Part shown: one piece after another, positions 28,603 to 43,024 of the stretch
Position numbering within the stretch: position 1 is the stretch's first letter
Layout: the number at the start of each line of letters is the position of its first letter
NCBI RefSeq assembly: GCF_009914755.1
Contig: NC_060935.1
Strand: one strand, 5' to 3'
DNA length: 64,000 nt
From: the human T2T-CHM13v2.0 reference genome, Homo sapiens
Translations under genes and position numbers: made by a program
Notes under the pieces: model-generated
What the model saw: the letters and a program-made list of their open reading frames with translations, nothing else
The model's database searches: none
Told to the model about the DNA's origin: nothing

Positions 28603-29591
28603 TGCTATGGTTTGGATGTTTATCCCTCCAAATCTCATATTGAAATTTAATCCCAATGATGGAGGTACGGCCTAATGGCAGGTGTTTTGGTGATGGGGGT
28701 AGATCCCTCACAAATAGATTAATACTCTCCTTCAGAAGATGAGTGAGTCCTCACTCTATTAGTTCCCTTGAGAGCTGATTGTTTTAAAAAGAGCTACCCA
28801 GTTCTCTCACCCTTTGCTTCCTCTCTTGCCAAGTGATCTCTGCACAGCTGGCTCCCCTTCTGCCTTCCTCTAGGAGTGGAAGCAGCTGAAGGTCCTCACC
28901 AGATATAGATGCCCAATCTTGAACTTCCCAGCCATCAGAATCATGAGCCAAATAAACCTTTTATTATTATTAAGTTCTGGATTACATGTGCAGAACATGC
29001 AGTTTTGTTACATAGGTATACACATGCCATGGTTTGCTGCACCCATCAACCCGTCATCTACATTAGGTATTTCTCCTAATGTTATCCCTCCCCTAGCCTC
29101 CCACCGTGCAACAGGCCCCGGTGTGTTATGTTCCCCTCCCTGTGTCCATCTGTTCTCATTGTTCAACTCTCATTTATGAGTGAGAACGTGTGGTGTTTGA
29201 TTTTCTGATCTTGTGATAGTTTGCTGAGAATGATGGTTTCCAGCTTCATCCATGTCCCTGCAAAGGACATGAACTCATCCCTTTTTTGTGGCTGCATAGT
29301 ATCCATGCTGTATATGTGCCACATTTTCTTAATCCAGTCTATCACTGATGGACATTTGGGCTGGTTCCAAGTCTTTGCTATTGTGAATAGTGATGCAATA
29401 AACATGCGTGTGCATGTGTCTTTATTGTAGAATGACTTATAATCCTTTGGGTATATGCCCAGTAATGGGATTGCTGGGTCAAATGATATTTCTAGTTCTA
29501 GATCCTTGAGGAATCACCACAAACCTTTTTTAAAAAATAAATTACCCAGCTTCGGGTATTTCTTTATAGCAACACAAAATGGAGTAAGACA
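28603..29591 (+). mobile_element. MST-family (ERVL-MaLR) solo LTR interrupted by an L1
   Basis: Starts tgctatggtttggatg, ends gagtaagaca; 5-bp TSD atggg at 28598-28602 and 29592-29596. Confidence 0.88.
28963..29520 (-). mobile_element. 5'-truncated primate L1 (older L1PA, roughly PA7-8), ORF2 C-terminus plus 3'UTR
   Basis: ORF 29163..29405 is degenerate L1 ORF2 ([20 protein letters not shown]); TSD aaacctttt at 28954-28962 and 29521-29529. Confidence 0.92.
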
Positions 29592-30506
29592 ATGGGGTGT
29601 ATTTAAGTGTCAGCTCTGTGGTTAGAGGGGTAGTGAAGAGATCAGGGCAAAAACCAGGGTGAGGTAAGACTTAACCTGAGCTTTGGACAGGGGGAAAGAT
29701 TCAGACAAGTCACATGCCAACTCACTGAATTCAATGCAGAAGACAGCATAGTACAGCTTTGGAGAGGGTGGAGTACAGGAAAACAAAAGGACATCTATTT
29801 TCCTACATACACAAAAGAGCATTGTCTTTCATTGAAGAAGTGGACATTCTTTAGTCACCTCAGTAATTAGCATGTGTATGCTCTGAGTATTTTTCTTGGT
29901 AGCAGAAATGGGTGGCCCCAAGCCCTACTTTTCCCTTGGCAGTAACAGTAAGTATCAGGAAGAGGGCTAACATGGGGTTAAGAACATGTAATCTGTACCA
30001 CTGAGTGAAGGTGAAAACAACTAATCTTGGCACTCTTGACCATTACCAAAAGTGTCTGAGCTAATTGGCCTTTTAGTCAAGGTATTCCTCTCTGCAGGTG
30101 TGACTTATCACATGCCTGTACAGCAAGCCTACCTTCCCAGACTGCATTCATTGCTACCAACACTCAAGAATGTAATTAATGAGCACCCTGAACCTGCTTC
30201 TGAGGCACGAAGGGAGAGGAGGGGAATGGCTAGAAAAGATTTCAAGGTGAAGATAAAGCATCAAAATTATAGAAGGGATTATAAAACAGGCCCAGGCTCT
30301 GTACACTAAAAGAATGGGATTTAATCCCCCCCCAACCCACACCCCCTGCCAAAAAAAAGAAAAAGAAAAAAAACTACCAAAAAACAGGAATTGGGACTCT
30401 GGAATCAGGTAGAGGTCCTTAACAGAGTAGGCTTCAGACACAAGAAGAGTAAAACTTAGGTCATAGGAATCCTAAGGTTTCACTTACCAGAATTACAGGT
30501 CTTACT

Positions 30507-30507
<1 letters not shown>

Positions 30508-30539
<32 letters not shown>

Positions 30540-30819
30540 AGACCGAGTTTTGCTCTTGTTGCCCAGGCTGGAGTGCAATGGCATAATCTCGGCTCACTGC
30601 AACCTCTGACTCCCTATTCAAGTGATTCTCCTGCCTCAGCCTCCCGAGTAGATGGGACTACAGGTGCCCACCACCATGCAGGCTACTTTTTGTATTTTTA
30701 GTGAAGATGGGGTTTCACCACGTTGGCCAGGCTGGTCTCCAACGCCTGACCTCAGGTGATCTGCCCGCCTCGGCCTCCCAAACTGCTGGGATTACAGGCA
30801 GGAACCATCATGCCCGGCC
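30508..30819 (-). mobile_element. AluS (Sq/Sp-like) with long T tract
   Basis: Alu consensus with tgctcttgttgccc diagnostic. Confidence 0.93.
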
Positions 30820-31393
30820 GGTCTTCTTACTAGTGAGACTTTAGTCAACCTGCAGATTCCAATTTATTTTCATCAAGTAACACTTCAAACAATTTCACCA
30901 AGGGTTCTGAGATGAAATTCACAGGTGTAATTCATACAATGTAGGTTATGATAAGATTAAACAATCCTCCCTCACCCTTACCCCATCCCCTCACCCCCCA
31001 AAGCAATTAGCAAGCAGTGGGGATGGGGTAGAGCCCAGGACTATTTGATAGTGTTACCCAGGAGTGGTTTTGGAGTTTGGACTCGAAGCTGAAAGTGACT
31101 TTCTACCAAAGAGAATTTAAACCGTCTTTTCCATCACAACAGTACCCGGTACTAATTGCAGAGTGAATGCAGTGACCAAAGAGAAGCAGAGCTCCCAAGT
31201 TAGAAAGCAGAACCAGTTCTAGCATCTTTTCAGCCATTCTGGCATCTTGAGCAACTCAACAGAAGGCAGCAAGACCTGTAGACATGCACCACTGAAGTCT
31301 TGAAGACTTATCCTTGAGCAAGTGCCTAACAATGTCTAAGCTTAGTGAAGAGGAGTAGCATAGACACATGCATGCACTATCTATTTAAAATAA

Positions 31394-31770
<377 letters not shown>

Positions 31771-32965
31771 CTATATACATAAAAACTACTATACATTTAG
31801 TTCTCAGTCATTTGCAACCAATTTATGAAATCGTGAAAACCTCTTGACCTATTATTACATAGAAAATTAGGCTCGGTGGCTGCTAAGTGATGATAAAACC
31901 AGGATCCTCATCCCCAGGTAGTAAAATAAGGCATCCCTTTGCCATAGAAGAGTGTTCTAACAAGGGTATTTTGGTTCAGATGTGGTTGTTTATTGGGAGG
32001 GGGACAGCAGGATTACATGTGAAGTTATTGCTATTGCTATTATTTCTATGAAGAGCCACCAGTCTGGAACACTTACACGGGCTATCTCCCCAAATCCTCA
32101 GTCCAACACTGTAAGGAAAGTGTCATTATCATTCCTATTTCACAAAAGAGGAACTGGGTTCAGAGAAGCAGAATAATTTCACCTCCATATGTGCTCTTAA
32201 TTACTATGTTGTGTATAGATATGTGTATATATGGATATATTATAGATATAAGTTACTATCTACAAACTGACATAATGGAATTTCAAATGTTCATTTCAAA
32301 AGCTATAAACATATGGAACAGATAAAACTCATCAAGTGTTTTTTTTTTTTCCCTAGCAGAAGTAGGACTTAAAAAAGGTCACACTATCATGGAAAACTGA
32401 AAATATTTAGGTAAAACAATCTTCAGTTTCAGAAGAAGAAAAACAGTCATTTTATAAATTTTTAATCAACAAAGATCAATCAGTAAATACTTCCTAAGGA
32501 CATACTGTGTGAGAAGACTTGTTAGGTACATCTCACTGAAGAGAGGGGCCATGATTTTAGAAAACTGGTGTGTACTAGAGAAAGAACACTGTCCAGGGAT
32601 TAGGCAAGGTCAACTTTGCTCCCAGCTCAGTCTCTCTCTCTTGCTATGTGATGCTGGGCAAGTCACTTAACCTTCTGAAGCTTCTATCTCCTCATCTGCA
32701 AAGTGAGGGAACTAAAAAGGATGATCTCTCACATAGACTCCTTCTGACGATAAAATGCTGTGACTCACACTGGTGAAAGAAGACAATTCAGGCCACAGCA
32801 GAATTTGTCTACAATGAACTATGGCCCTATACCTCTTATTGCATTTCAAAGCCCAGAGTAAAACCATCCCAAAGTCTGTAGTCAAGCAAGCAACAGTCAT
32901 TCTTTCAATAGTGCTTATGCTCATCTAAAGAGTAGGATAATTTTCCACCAAATGAAATGTCTCTC

Positions 32966-33762
32966 TGTGATATTGTGAAATATCTTTGTTCTCTTTTCCT
33001 GGTACATAGCTCCTAAAACCCTTGGAATCTCTGGAGTGATAAGAGTGTCTTTTGTATGCTAAGGTGATAACTGGTGGCTGGCAGCCACTAGGTAGCTTCA
33101 GAATGGGGGCTGGTCACAATAAAGACTAAAGCATGATTAAACTTTTCAGTCCAAAGCCCCAGTCTCTGGGGAGAAGAGAGGTCCCTGCCAGCACAAAGGT
33201 TAAGCTAATCACTGTGTCCATTGGTTTAATCAGTCACGCCTATGTAACGAAGCTGCCATAAAATCCCAAAGGGATTGGGTTTGAAGAGCTTCTTGTTAGC
33301 TGAACACATGGAAGCTCCATGCCCCTTCTCCCATACTTTGCCCTATGCATTTCTTCTATCTGGCTGTTCATCCATATCCTTTGCAATATCCTTTATAATA
33401 AACTGGTAAATACAAGTAAAGTTTTTCTCTGAGTTCTGTAACATTCTAGTGAATTAGTCAAACCCAAAAAAAGGAGTAGTGAGAAATCCAATTTACAGTC
33501 AGTCAATCAGAAATATAGGTGACAACCTATTACTTGCGATTGGCATCTGAATTAGGGACAGTCTTGTGGGACTGGGCCCTCAGCCTGTGAGATCTGATGC
33601 TATCTTCAGTTAGGCAATGTCAGAATTGAATTGAATTAGAGGATACCCAGCTGGTGTTTGCTGTAGAACTGATTGCTTGCTTGGTATGTGTGGGGAAAAC
33701 CCCTGCACATCTGGGGTACAGAAGTGTTCTGCGCTGTGGTGAGTAGAGAATAGGAAGAACAC
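32966..33762 (+). mobile_element. MER21-like LTR, interrupted near its 3' end by the THE1 element
   Basis: tgtgatattgtgaaata...gctcctaaaacccttgga...gtcagaattgaattgaatt...ggggaaaacccc hallmarks. Confidence 0.75.
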
Positions 33763-36153
33763 TGCAGTAGTCCATTCCAATGCTGCTAATGAAGACATAC
33801 CTAAGACTGGGTAATTTATAAAGGAAAGAGGTTTAATTGACTCAAAGTTCAGCATGGCTGGGGAGGCCTCAGGAAACTTACAATCATGACAGAAGGGGAA
33901 GCAAACACATCCTTCTTCACATGGTAGCAGCAAGGAGAAGTGCTAAGCAAAAGGGGAAAAAGCCCCTTATAAAACCATCAGATCTTGTAAGAACTGACTC
34001 ACTGTCACTAGAACAGCGGCATGGGGGTAATCACCCCCATGATTCAATTACCTCCCACCAAGTCCCTCCCACAGCACACAGGGATTATGAGAACTACAAT
34101 TCAAGATGAGATTAGGGTGGGGACACAGCCAAACCATATCATTCTGCCCTGGCCCCTCCAAAATCTCATGTCCTCACATTTCAAAACCAGTTATGCCCTC
34201 CCAACAGTCCCACAAATTCTTAACTCATTTCAGCATTAACTCAGAAGCCCACAGTTCAAAGACTCATCTGAGACAAACCAAGTCCCTTATACTTATGAGC
34301 CTGTAAAATCAAAAGGAAGTTAATTACTTCCTGGATACAATGAGGGTACAGGCATTGGGTAAATACACCCATTCTAAATGGGAAAAGTTGGCAGAAATGA
34401 AGGGGCAACAGGCCCCAGGCAAGTCCAAAATCCGGTAGGGCAGTCAAATCTTAAAGCTCCAAAATGATCTCCTTTGAGATCTCCATGTCTCATATCTAGG
34501 TCATGCTGATGCAAAAGGTTGGCTCCCACAGCCTTGCGCAACTCCACCCCTGTGGCTTTGTAGGATACAGCACCCCCTCCCAACTGCTTTCACAGGCTGG
34601 CATTGAGTGTCTACAGCTTTTCCAGGCACACAGTGCAAGTGTTGGTGGATCTACCATTCTGGGGTCTGGAGGATAGTAGCCCTCTTCTCACAGCTCCACT
34701 AGGCAGTGCCCCAGTGGGGACTGGGTGTGGGGTCTCCAACCCCACAGTTCCCTTCTGCACTGCCCTAGCAGAGGTTCTCCATGAGAGTCCCACCCCTGCA
34801 GAAAACTTCTGCCTAGACATCAGGCATTTCCACACATCCTCTGAAATCTAGGTGGACGTTCCCAAACGTCAATTCTTGACTTCTGTGCACTGGTAGGCTC
34901 AAAACCATGTGGAAGCTGCCAAGGCTTGGGGCTTACAACCTCTGAAGTAACAACTTGAGCTGTACCTTGGTCTCTTTAAGCCATGGCTGGAGTGGCTGGG
35001 ATGGAGGGCACCAACAAGTCCTAGAGGCTGCACACAGCAGGGGGGCCCTGGACCCAGCCCAGGAAACCATTTTCCCTTCCTAGGCCTCCAGACCTGTGAT
35101 GGGTGGGGGGGCTGCTGTGAAGGTCTCTGACATGCCCTGGAGACATTTTCCCCATTGTCTTGCTGATTAACATTTGGTTCCTCATTACTTATGCAAATGT
35201 ATGCAGCCAGCTTGAATTTCTCTCCAGAAAATGGTTTTTTCTTTTCTGTCACACAGTCAGGCTGCAAATTCTCCAAACTTTTATGCTCTGCTTCTTTTTT
35301 AAACGTAAGTTCCAATTCCAAACCATATCTTTGTGAATACATAAAACTGAATGCTTTTAACAGCATTCAGGTCACATCTTGAACACTTTACCGCTTAGAA
35401 ATTTCTTCTTACAGATATCCTAATCATCTCTCTCAAGTTCAAAGTTTCATCTCTCTCTAGTTCAAATCTCTAAGACAGGGGCAAAATGCCACCAGTCTCT
35501 TTACCAAAGCATGATGAGCTTTGCTCCAGTTCCCAACAAGTTCTTCATCTCCATCTGAGACCACCTCAATCTGGACTTCGTTGTCCACATCAATATCAGC
35601 ATTTTGGTCAAAACCATTCAACAAGTCTCTAGGAAGTTCCAAACTTTCTCACATTTTCCTTTCTTCTTCAGAGCCCTCCAAACTGTTCCAACCTCTGTCT
35701 GTTACACAGTTCCAAAGCCGCTTCCACATTTTTGGATATCTTTACAGCAGCAACCCACTCCCAGTACCAAATCACTGTATTAGTCCATTCTTATGCTGCT
35801 AATAAAGACATACCCGAGACTGGGTAACTTATAAAGGAAAAAGGTTTAATGGACTTACAGTTCCATGTGGCTGGGGAGGCCTCGGGAAACTTACGATCAT
35901 GACAGAAGGGGAAGCAAACATGTCCTTTTTTACATGGTGGCAGCAAGGAGAAGTGCCAAGCAAAAGGGGGAAAGCCCCTTATAAAGCCATCAGATCTCGT
36001 GAGAACTCACTCACTATCACTAGAATAGCAGCATAGAGGTAACCACCCCCATGATTCAATTACCTCCCATCAAGTCCCTCCCACAACAGGTGGGGATTAT
36101 GGGAACTACAATTCAAGATGATATTTCGGTGGGGACATAGCCAAACCATATAA
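33763..36153 (-). mobile_element. Full-length THE1 (THE1C/D-like) MaLR element: 5' LTR 35776-36153, internal 34142-35775, 3' LTR 33763-34141
   Basis: Two ~378-bp direct-repeat LTRs around THE1-int sequence (degenerate ORFs 34899..35366 and 35457..35642); 5-bp TSD aacac at 33758-33762 and 36154-36158. Confidence 0.93.
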
Positions 36154-38654
36154 AACACTTTGATTTTTATATATAGAACTCTGGTTCTTCATATATCCTA
36201 ACACCCTTGTTCTTGATGGTATATAGCAAACTAGGCAAAAATAGTTAATATTAGTTAATAAAAACAATAAGACTATCAAAGTCTTACATAACAGAATATT
36301 CTAGGCACGGTTTTAAGTACCTTACATATATTAACTCATTAATTTCTCACAGCAACATGAAGTAAGCATTCTACAGATAAGAAAACAGGTTTAGAGAGGC
36401 CAAGTAACTGCTCATTACTCAGTTAACTGCTAGTAATGGCAGCACAACTCCAGCCAGATTGTCCAATTCCAGTGTCCATGCTCTGTGCTTCCACCCCATG
36501 CTGCCTTCTTGGACAGAAGTGTCACAAAGCACAGAATCATTCTCCAGGTGGCTTGGGTTGTACATTTTTCAGTCCTTGGCTCTTCTTGCTCCTTTCTCTA
36601 TGATCCCTGCACACTCTGTGGCCTGGCTCATTTTCTGATCTCTGGCTCAGATTCTGGCCACAGATTTCCTCAGACTGGACTTCCCCAGGCAGCCCAGGAA
36701 GAGGAGGTCTTTACCTATCTGATGGGCATTACTTGGCCACAACAACCACGTGCCATGTGCCCATGGCAGGCTTCCTAGTATGACCCAGAACAGAGTCCTG
36801 AAATCAACCTTCACAAGGTAACTGGAAATTCATCTTTCTTAAACCTGGCAGAACCCTCACCTTTCTAGAGACCCTGACAGAGGAGAAAAGCAGCATTTCC
36901 CCCAGGAAAGACATTCAGTGAATTCAGCTGAGACTATGCTTTGCAATATTTAATGACAGAGACGGTGCAATGCAATGGTTTGAAAACAGAGCTTTCTAGG
37001 CTATGAACCACTAACGCCTCAAATTCCTTCTGCTGTATTCTCCCATTAGGAAACCAAAGCCACCAAAATAGAAAAAAAAAAAATTATGGTAAACCTCATT
37101 AATGTCTTGCAAAAAAGAATAAGTAAAATAACAGAGATGTGAAGAAAAAAAATCCCATCTAAAGATATGATATTCTCTGTCTTACTGGTTTTCTTCCTTC
37201 CATCTTAGATAGAAGAGAAGAAGAAAAACAAGTGGAAGTAAACATCAAAGGAGATCAAGGAGAATAGTAAGGCTGAATTGCTTTACTTCAAATTCAGGGT
37301 CCATAATTATATTATTCTCTAACATAATGGCTTTCAAATGCCACTACTATTTAGGCTGAGATACAAGGGAAATAAATGATATCATCATGCAGCTTAACTT
37401 TATTACATGTTCGTTTTATTAAATCTATGCACATTAGAAGCATAGGAAATTGCCAGCCTTTAACATTCACACACACGCAAAGAATTATACAAAAAATACA
37501 TCATCTTGAATCCTGGTCTTCAATTTCTTTCCACAATTCCACAGAGCTGGTAAGGGGTAAAGAAAAAAAAATGTTCCTATCATTGAGATTTATAAACTGA
37601 TTTCTTTCATCCTCGGAATCACTAGTTACTCACACCACAGCCTGTGGCTGCCGGCAGCAACACATCAGCACTTGCATGTATTTAATGCGGTATCTTCTTA
37701 TTTGGGTATTATTTCTCATTAAACCAATCAGAAGAGGCTTCAAGGTAGAGAGGGAGAAGTGGGAGGTGAGAAAGGGGAAATTTGAGCCAAGAGAAATGCC
37801 ACACCCATTCCACATGGAAACCACAACCATGTATGGTCGCTGAGTGAAAAGGACTTGAGTGCCCAGCTAAGAGCTGGAAGGCAAAACACCAATGAGGTCC
37901 CCTCTGTGGAATTCAGTCTTTCACCTCAGGATAAAGGTTTTTGTAATTCTCAACAAAACTAAAATGAAAAGACATTAACTAAATACCAAAATGGATAGGA
38001 CAGAGTTTCAGGATGAGCTCAAGCAAGCAACACAGCTGGACCCAGGACAGCCAGAAATGAACCCCCGTCAGGTACGGAAAACAGAAGGAAAAGTGGGATT
38101 TTGCCTTTTCCCTTAACTATTATTCAGAAAGTGTTTACTATCTTCCTAAAAGTAAAAATCCTTGTCTAACAGTTTTATAAAAAGAAAAACAGATCTTAAA
38201 ACAATTGTTGCAGAAACTTCTTCCATTTCTGTTTCTAAAATAATTCAAAACACTAATTTTTAAGATTTTTAATGAGAATTTGAATCATCATGAAATCTTA
38301 CAGAAAATATGAGTTGGCTCAGGAGAATTAAAGAAGGTATACTCCCCAAGTTTTAACTCTCAAGGTCAATCAGAGTCCGCAGGAGCTTAAATGAGGCTCA
38401 TGGTCTGGACTGGCTGTTTTCCTCCAAAGAAGCTACATATTAAGATGTATGAAGCCTGAGAGTCAACAGATTTTCACTCATCTATTTCTCAGTAGAATGT
38501 AAGTAGCACAATGCCTAGCTCAAAAAATACCTGTTGAATGAGTGCTAAATGAAAGAATAAAATATTCCCAAGGAAGGAATGACAGTGACTTCCACTTCAC
38601 GCTCTGCCTAAGGTTAGACCTGACTATGTTACATAATACTATGTTTAAAAAAGT

Positions 38655-39276
38655 CCTGTTCATTCCAGCTTTATTTGTAATAGCCAAAAATTAGAAATAA
38701 CCCCAGTGCTCTTCAACAGGTGAATGGTTAAACAAACTCTGGTACATCCATACCGTGGGATACTACTAAGCAACAAAAAGGAAAAACTCTTGATAGACAC
38801 AACTTGGATGAATCTCAAGGGAATTGTGCTAAATATAAAAAGGCCAATCCTAAAAGGCCACTACTGCATGGTTCTGTTTATATGACACTCTTGAAATGGC
38901 AAAATTATAGAAATGAAGAACAGATTAGTGGTTGATAGGGGTTAGGGATGGGGGCTGTGGAGGCTGTAGGGAGGTGGGTGTGATTATCAAAGAACAAATG
39001 GAAAGAATCTGTGGTGGTGTAACTGGTCAGTATCTGGCCAGTGATGGTTGACACATGTGATAAAATTGTATACAACTTAATACACACAGGCCCATATGCA
39101 CACACACATTAGTAAACTGGAAAAAGTCTATGCCAATATCTGAGTTGTGATATACTATAGTTGTACAAAATGTTACCATAGGGGAAACTGGGTAAAGGGT
39201 ACACGGATCTCTGCACTATTTCTTACAGCCTCATGTGATCTACAATTGTCTCAAAATAAAAAGATTAATTTAAAAA
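38655..39276 (+). mobile_element. Old L1M (L1MC-like) 3' end
   Basis: gctttatttgtaatagccaaaa...ggatgaatctcaagggaatt...tctcaaaataaaa. Confidence 0.85.
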
Positions 39277-41796
39277 CATTCTGAAGCGACCTCTCCTCTG
39301 CTACCATCAGCACTACCAGTTTGAGAGTGTGTGTATGTGTGTGCATGGCAGGTCGAGAGAGGGGGCATCAACACATAAAACTTAACCACCTCCACAGAGC
39401 TCTCTATGGGGAGTTTAGAGGCATCTCTAACTTCCTTTAAACTTCCAATGCACCAATTGTTTTTCACACAACCTAAATTTTGCTCTTATATTAAAAACAA
39501 ATATTTCAGGACTCTTATCTCCATATCTGGGATAAAAGGTCATGAAGTAAGCATTCTTACTTACCATGAGAGCCCATGTTTTATACCTGTTTGATACCCT
39601 CTCAGTGCCTAGCACAATGCTCAACCCAGAGTAGAGCCTGAATAAAAGTGCTTTTAATAAATGGATAAGCAAATGAATGGATGGATGAACTTTCTCATCA
39701 TAGTAGAACCAGATAAGCTGAAAATTCACAATGTTTTTGCTCCAATTTTCTCAACTTCAAAAGGTCAGCAATAGGTGTGCCCACCTGCCTCACAGGCCTG
39801 GGGAGAGGATCCGAGCCTGCTGTAGTAGCAAGTGCATACATAGCTTTGTTTAGAGATCTGCCCTAATTATTTCTTGTGTGTTCTTGTGCCAGCTTATTTC
39901 TCTGAACCTGCGATTTCCCATTTGTAAAATGTGGGATAATATTTATTTCTGCAAGGCTGCTATGTGAAGGAGACATGGTGTTCATAAAAGGCCTTGCTCA
40001 ATGTCACCCTCACTAGATGATCACTAAATGTTTTCACCCTTCCATAGATACTTCCAGGAACTAGTGCTCACCTCATAGCTCAAAATAGCAGCCATTTCTT
40101 AGTAACTTTATGGTTTTTTATAAATAAGTAACCAGTGTTGTATTCATGTAGCATCTTCCTCTAAAGATCAAACTTTGCTTACATTTCCAGTGGCAAAGTA
40201 GTGTGGACAAAGTAAATGTAGATAGAGGATGGAGTAAATGGGAAGAGACAAGTTCAAGTGGAAGATGACAAGGGCATTTGTGGGTAGCTGTTAGGACTGT
40301 ACCGCAAGTCCTCTCCCACTACATCACTTCAGAAAGCAACTTGTCTTGGGCTTGGTCTCCTCCCCAATGGTTTATTTCTTTTTTCTGTTTTTTTTTCTTT
40401 TCCTTTTTTTTTTTTTTTTTGTATTTTTATGGTATTTAGTATATTCATACCCAAGGCAGCCTAGATAATGGAGGAAGACACCTGAAAAGTCTACTGGCCT
40501 CTAAGAATGGTGGGCTAGAGGTATGGAAAGGAAGGAGAAGGGGCCTCTGTTTATTTTCTCTGCTGTGAAAGCTACTTGTACTCAGGAAATATCTACTGCT
40601 TCCTTCTCAGGGCTGGGAATGCCCTAGTCTGTTCTTACCCAAGGGTGGTAACTTTTCCTCCAAGTGTGCAGCTGTCTGAAAATATATTTGCTCTTGATGT
40701 GTCACCGGGTCATGAGTAGTTATCTGAGAAATACTTTACACATGGGTGTCTCCTGAGCCCAGGCAGTGGAGATATTTGCTTACCCATGGGGCAGGGAAGG
40801 ACAAACAGGGGATATGGTTCCAGGGTCCAGTTTTTAAAGACTATGCTAATTCAGTCAGTTTGTCAACTGCATTTTGAACCCTAACTATGTGCCTGGCCTC
40901 TGATGAAAATGAGAAGGACTTTTTCTAAGGTAATAATGATACTGAGAGAGGTGACATTTTTTATTAGTTACTAAATGCCATGTCTTCTTCTTAAGACTTT
41001 GCACGCTTTATCTTATTCAGTCTTCGCAACAAGTTTGTGAGATGAGTCATATTATTAACCTCCTTTTAGGTAAGAAAATGGGGTACAGAAACAGTAAGTT
41101 GCAGAGTTAGTGTCAGATCCCAAAGATAAGGGAAGTAAATAGCATGTTTTCTATTAGTTGAACCAATTGCTTATAAATATGTTGTGAAGCTGTGAAATAT
41201 ACACAAGTTGTGAAAAAGACACCATGCAAAAGTCTGGAAACTTGCCAAAGTAATCACATCACCTTTAATAATGAGTGTGGAAATGTACCTTCTGGGTTCC
41301 AGAGACCCTTAGTTCATCCAGGTTTCTAAGGCATCCATTACATCATAGTAAAATAGCTAACATTCCTTTTCCCTTCCTCTTTGTCAATAGCTGCTCTGAC
41401 CTTAATTATCTGTAGAAGGCCTCTAGGATGAGATTTTTGACAATATGCATTACAAGTAAAATTATTCTATAATTATAAAAAAAAAAGAAAGGAAATGAGA
41501 AGGAATCATCCATGACTGAGACACAGAATGTCCCCTCCCTTTATAGAGCTCATGGTCTCATTCTGCATACTCACATTTGGTTGCTTTACTTCTATCATAA
41601 TAATCTTGTGTGGCACACAGCACATGTGTCAAAGCAACGGTCTCAAAAATAGAATATCATTCCACACATGTTCCCTATAACAAGCAGAAGAATATGAAAT
41701 AGAGATAATATAAAGATATGTCCCTGTTAGACAACAAAGGTTTGGCATATCTTGCAAACCTCAAAAAGATGAATGTTCTTTCCAGAAAAATTACAC

Positions 41797-42229
<433 letters not shown>

Positions 42230-42592
42230 AAATTATACATTTTGAAAGCCTTATCAGTTTTATTCTCTTCCTTTTTGATACAATTAACAATAGCATATAC
42301 TTATTAGGTACTTACTATGTGCCAGGTACTATACTAAGCCCTTCAAAGAATCATCTCAATCTTTTAAACAATCTTATGAGTGATGCACATAATATTATTC
42401 CTATTCTATTGATGAGGAAACTTCAGCTTAGAAAGAACAAGGGATGTAAACCCAGGATCAACAGATTCCGAACAAATGTGGATCTCTACATTAAGCTGTA
42501 ATATTATATGCTTGCTTGGTTTAGAGAGAAGGCCAAAGTTATGATTTCTATTATTGAAATAAGAATGTATACAGTATAGATCCTTCAAAACA

Positions 42593-43024
42593 TATTAGGG
42601 TGAACCAGTATTAAATTGCCAATACCGGTTGAGTATCCCTTATCCAAAATGCTTGGGATCAGAACTGTTTGGGATTTTTGGATTTTTTTTCAGATTTTGG
42701 AATATTTGCATATATATAAGATATCTTGGGGATGAGACCCAAGACTAAACCCAGATTCGTTTGTCTCATATACACCTTATACACACAGCCTGAAGGTAAT
42801 TTTTTATAATATTTTTAATACTTTTGTGCATAGAACAAAGTTTGTGTACACTGAATCATCAGAAAGTGAAGATGCCAGGTGTGGAATTTTCCACTTGTAG
42901 GGTCATGTCAGGGCTCAAAATGTTTAGGTTTTGGAACATTTTGGATTTCAGATTAGAGATGCTCAACCTGTATACAACTGTTTTGACCTACAGAAATAGC
43001 AATTTCACTTGGTTCAACCTAATA
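42593..43024. mobile_element. MADE2 mariner MITE split by a Tigger-family element
   Basis: Inverted termini tattagggtgaacc...aaattgcc and gcaatttcacttggttcaacctaata. Confidence 0.8.
42625..42970. mobile_element. MER46/Tigger4-like TcMar DNA transposon
   Basis: TIRs ccggttgagtatc and gatgctcaacctg, TA on both flanks. Confidence 0.85.

Noticed and set aside
34899-35642. ORFs within the THE1 internal region
   Set aside because: Fragmented MaLR internal remnants with stops and frameshifts
33853-35882. PRDM9 hotspot 13-mer in the THE1 LTRs
   Set aside because: LTRs read CCTCCCCAGCCAT and CCTCCCCAGCCAC, missing the T of CCNCCNTNNCCNC
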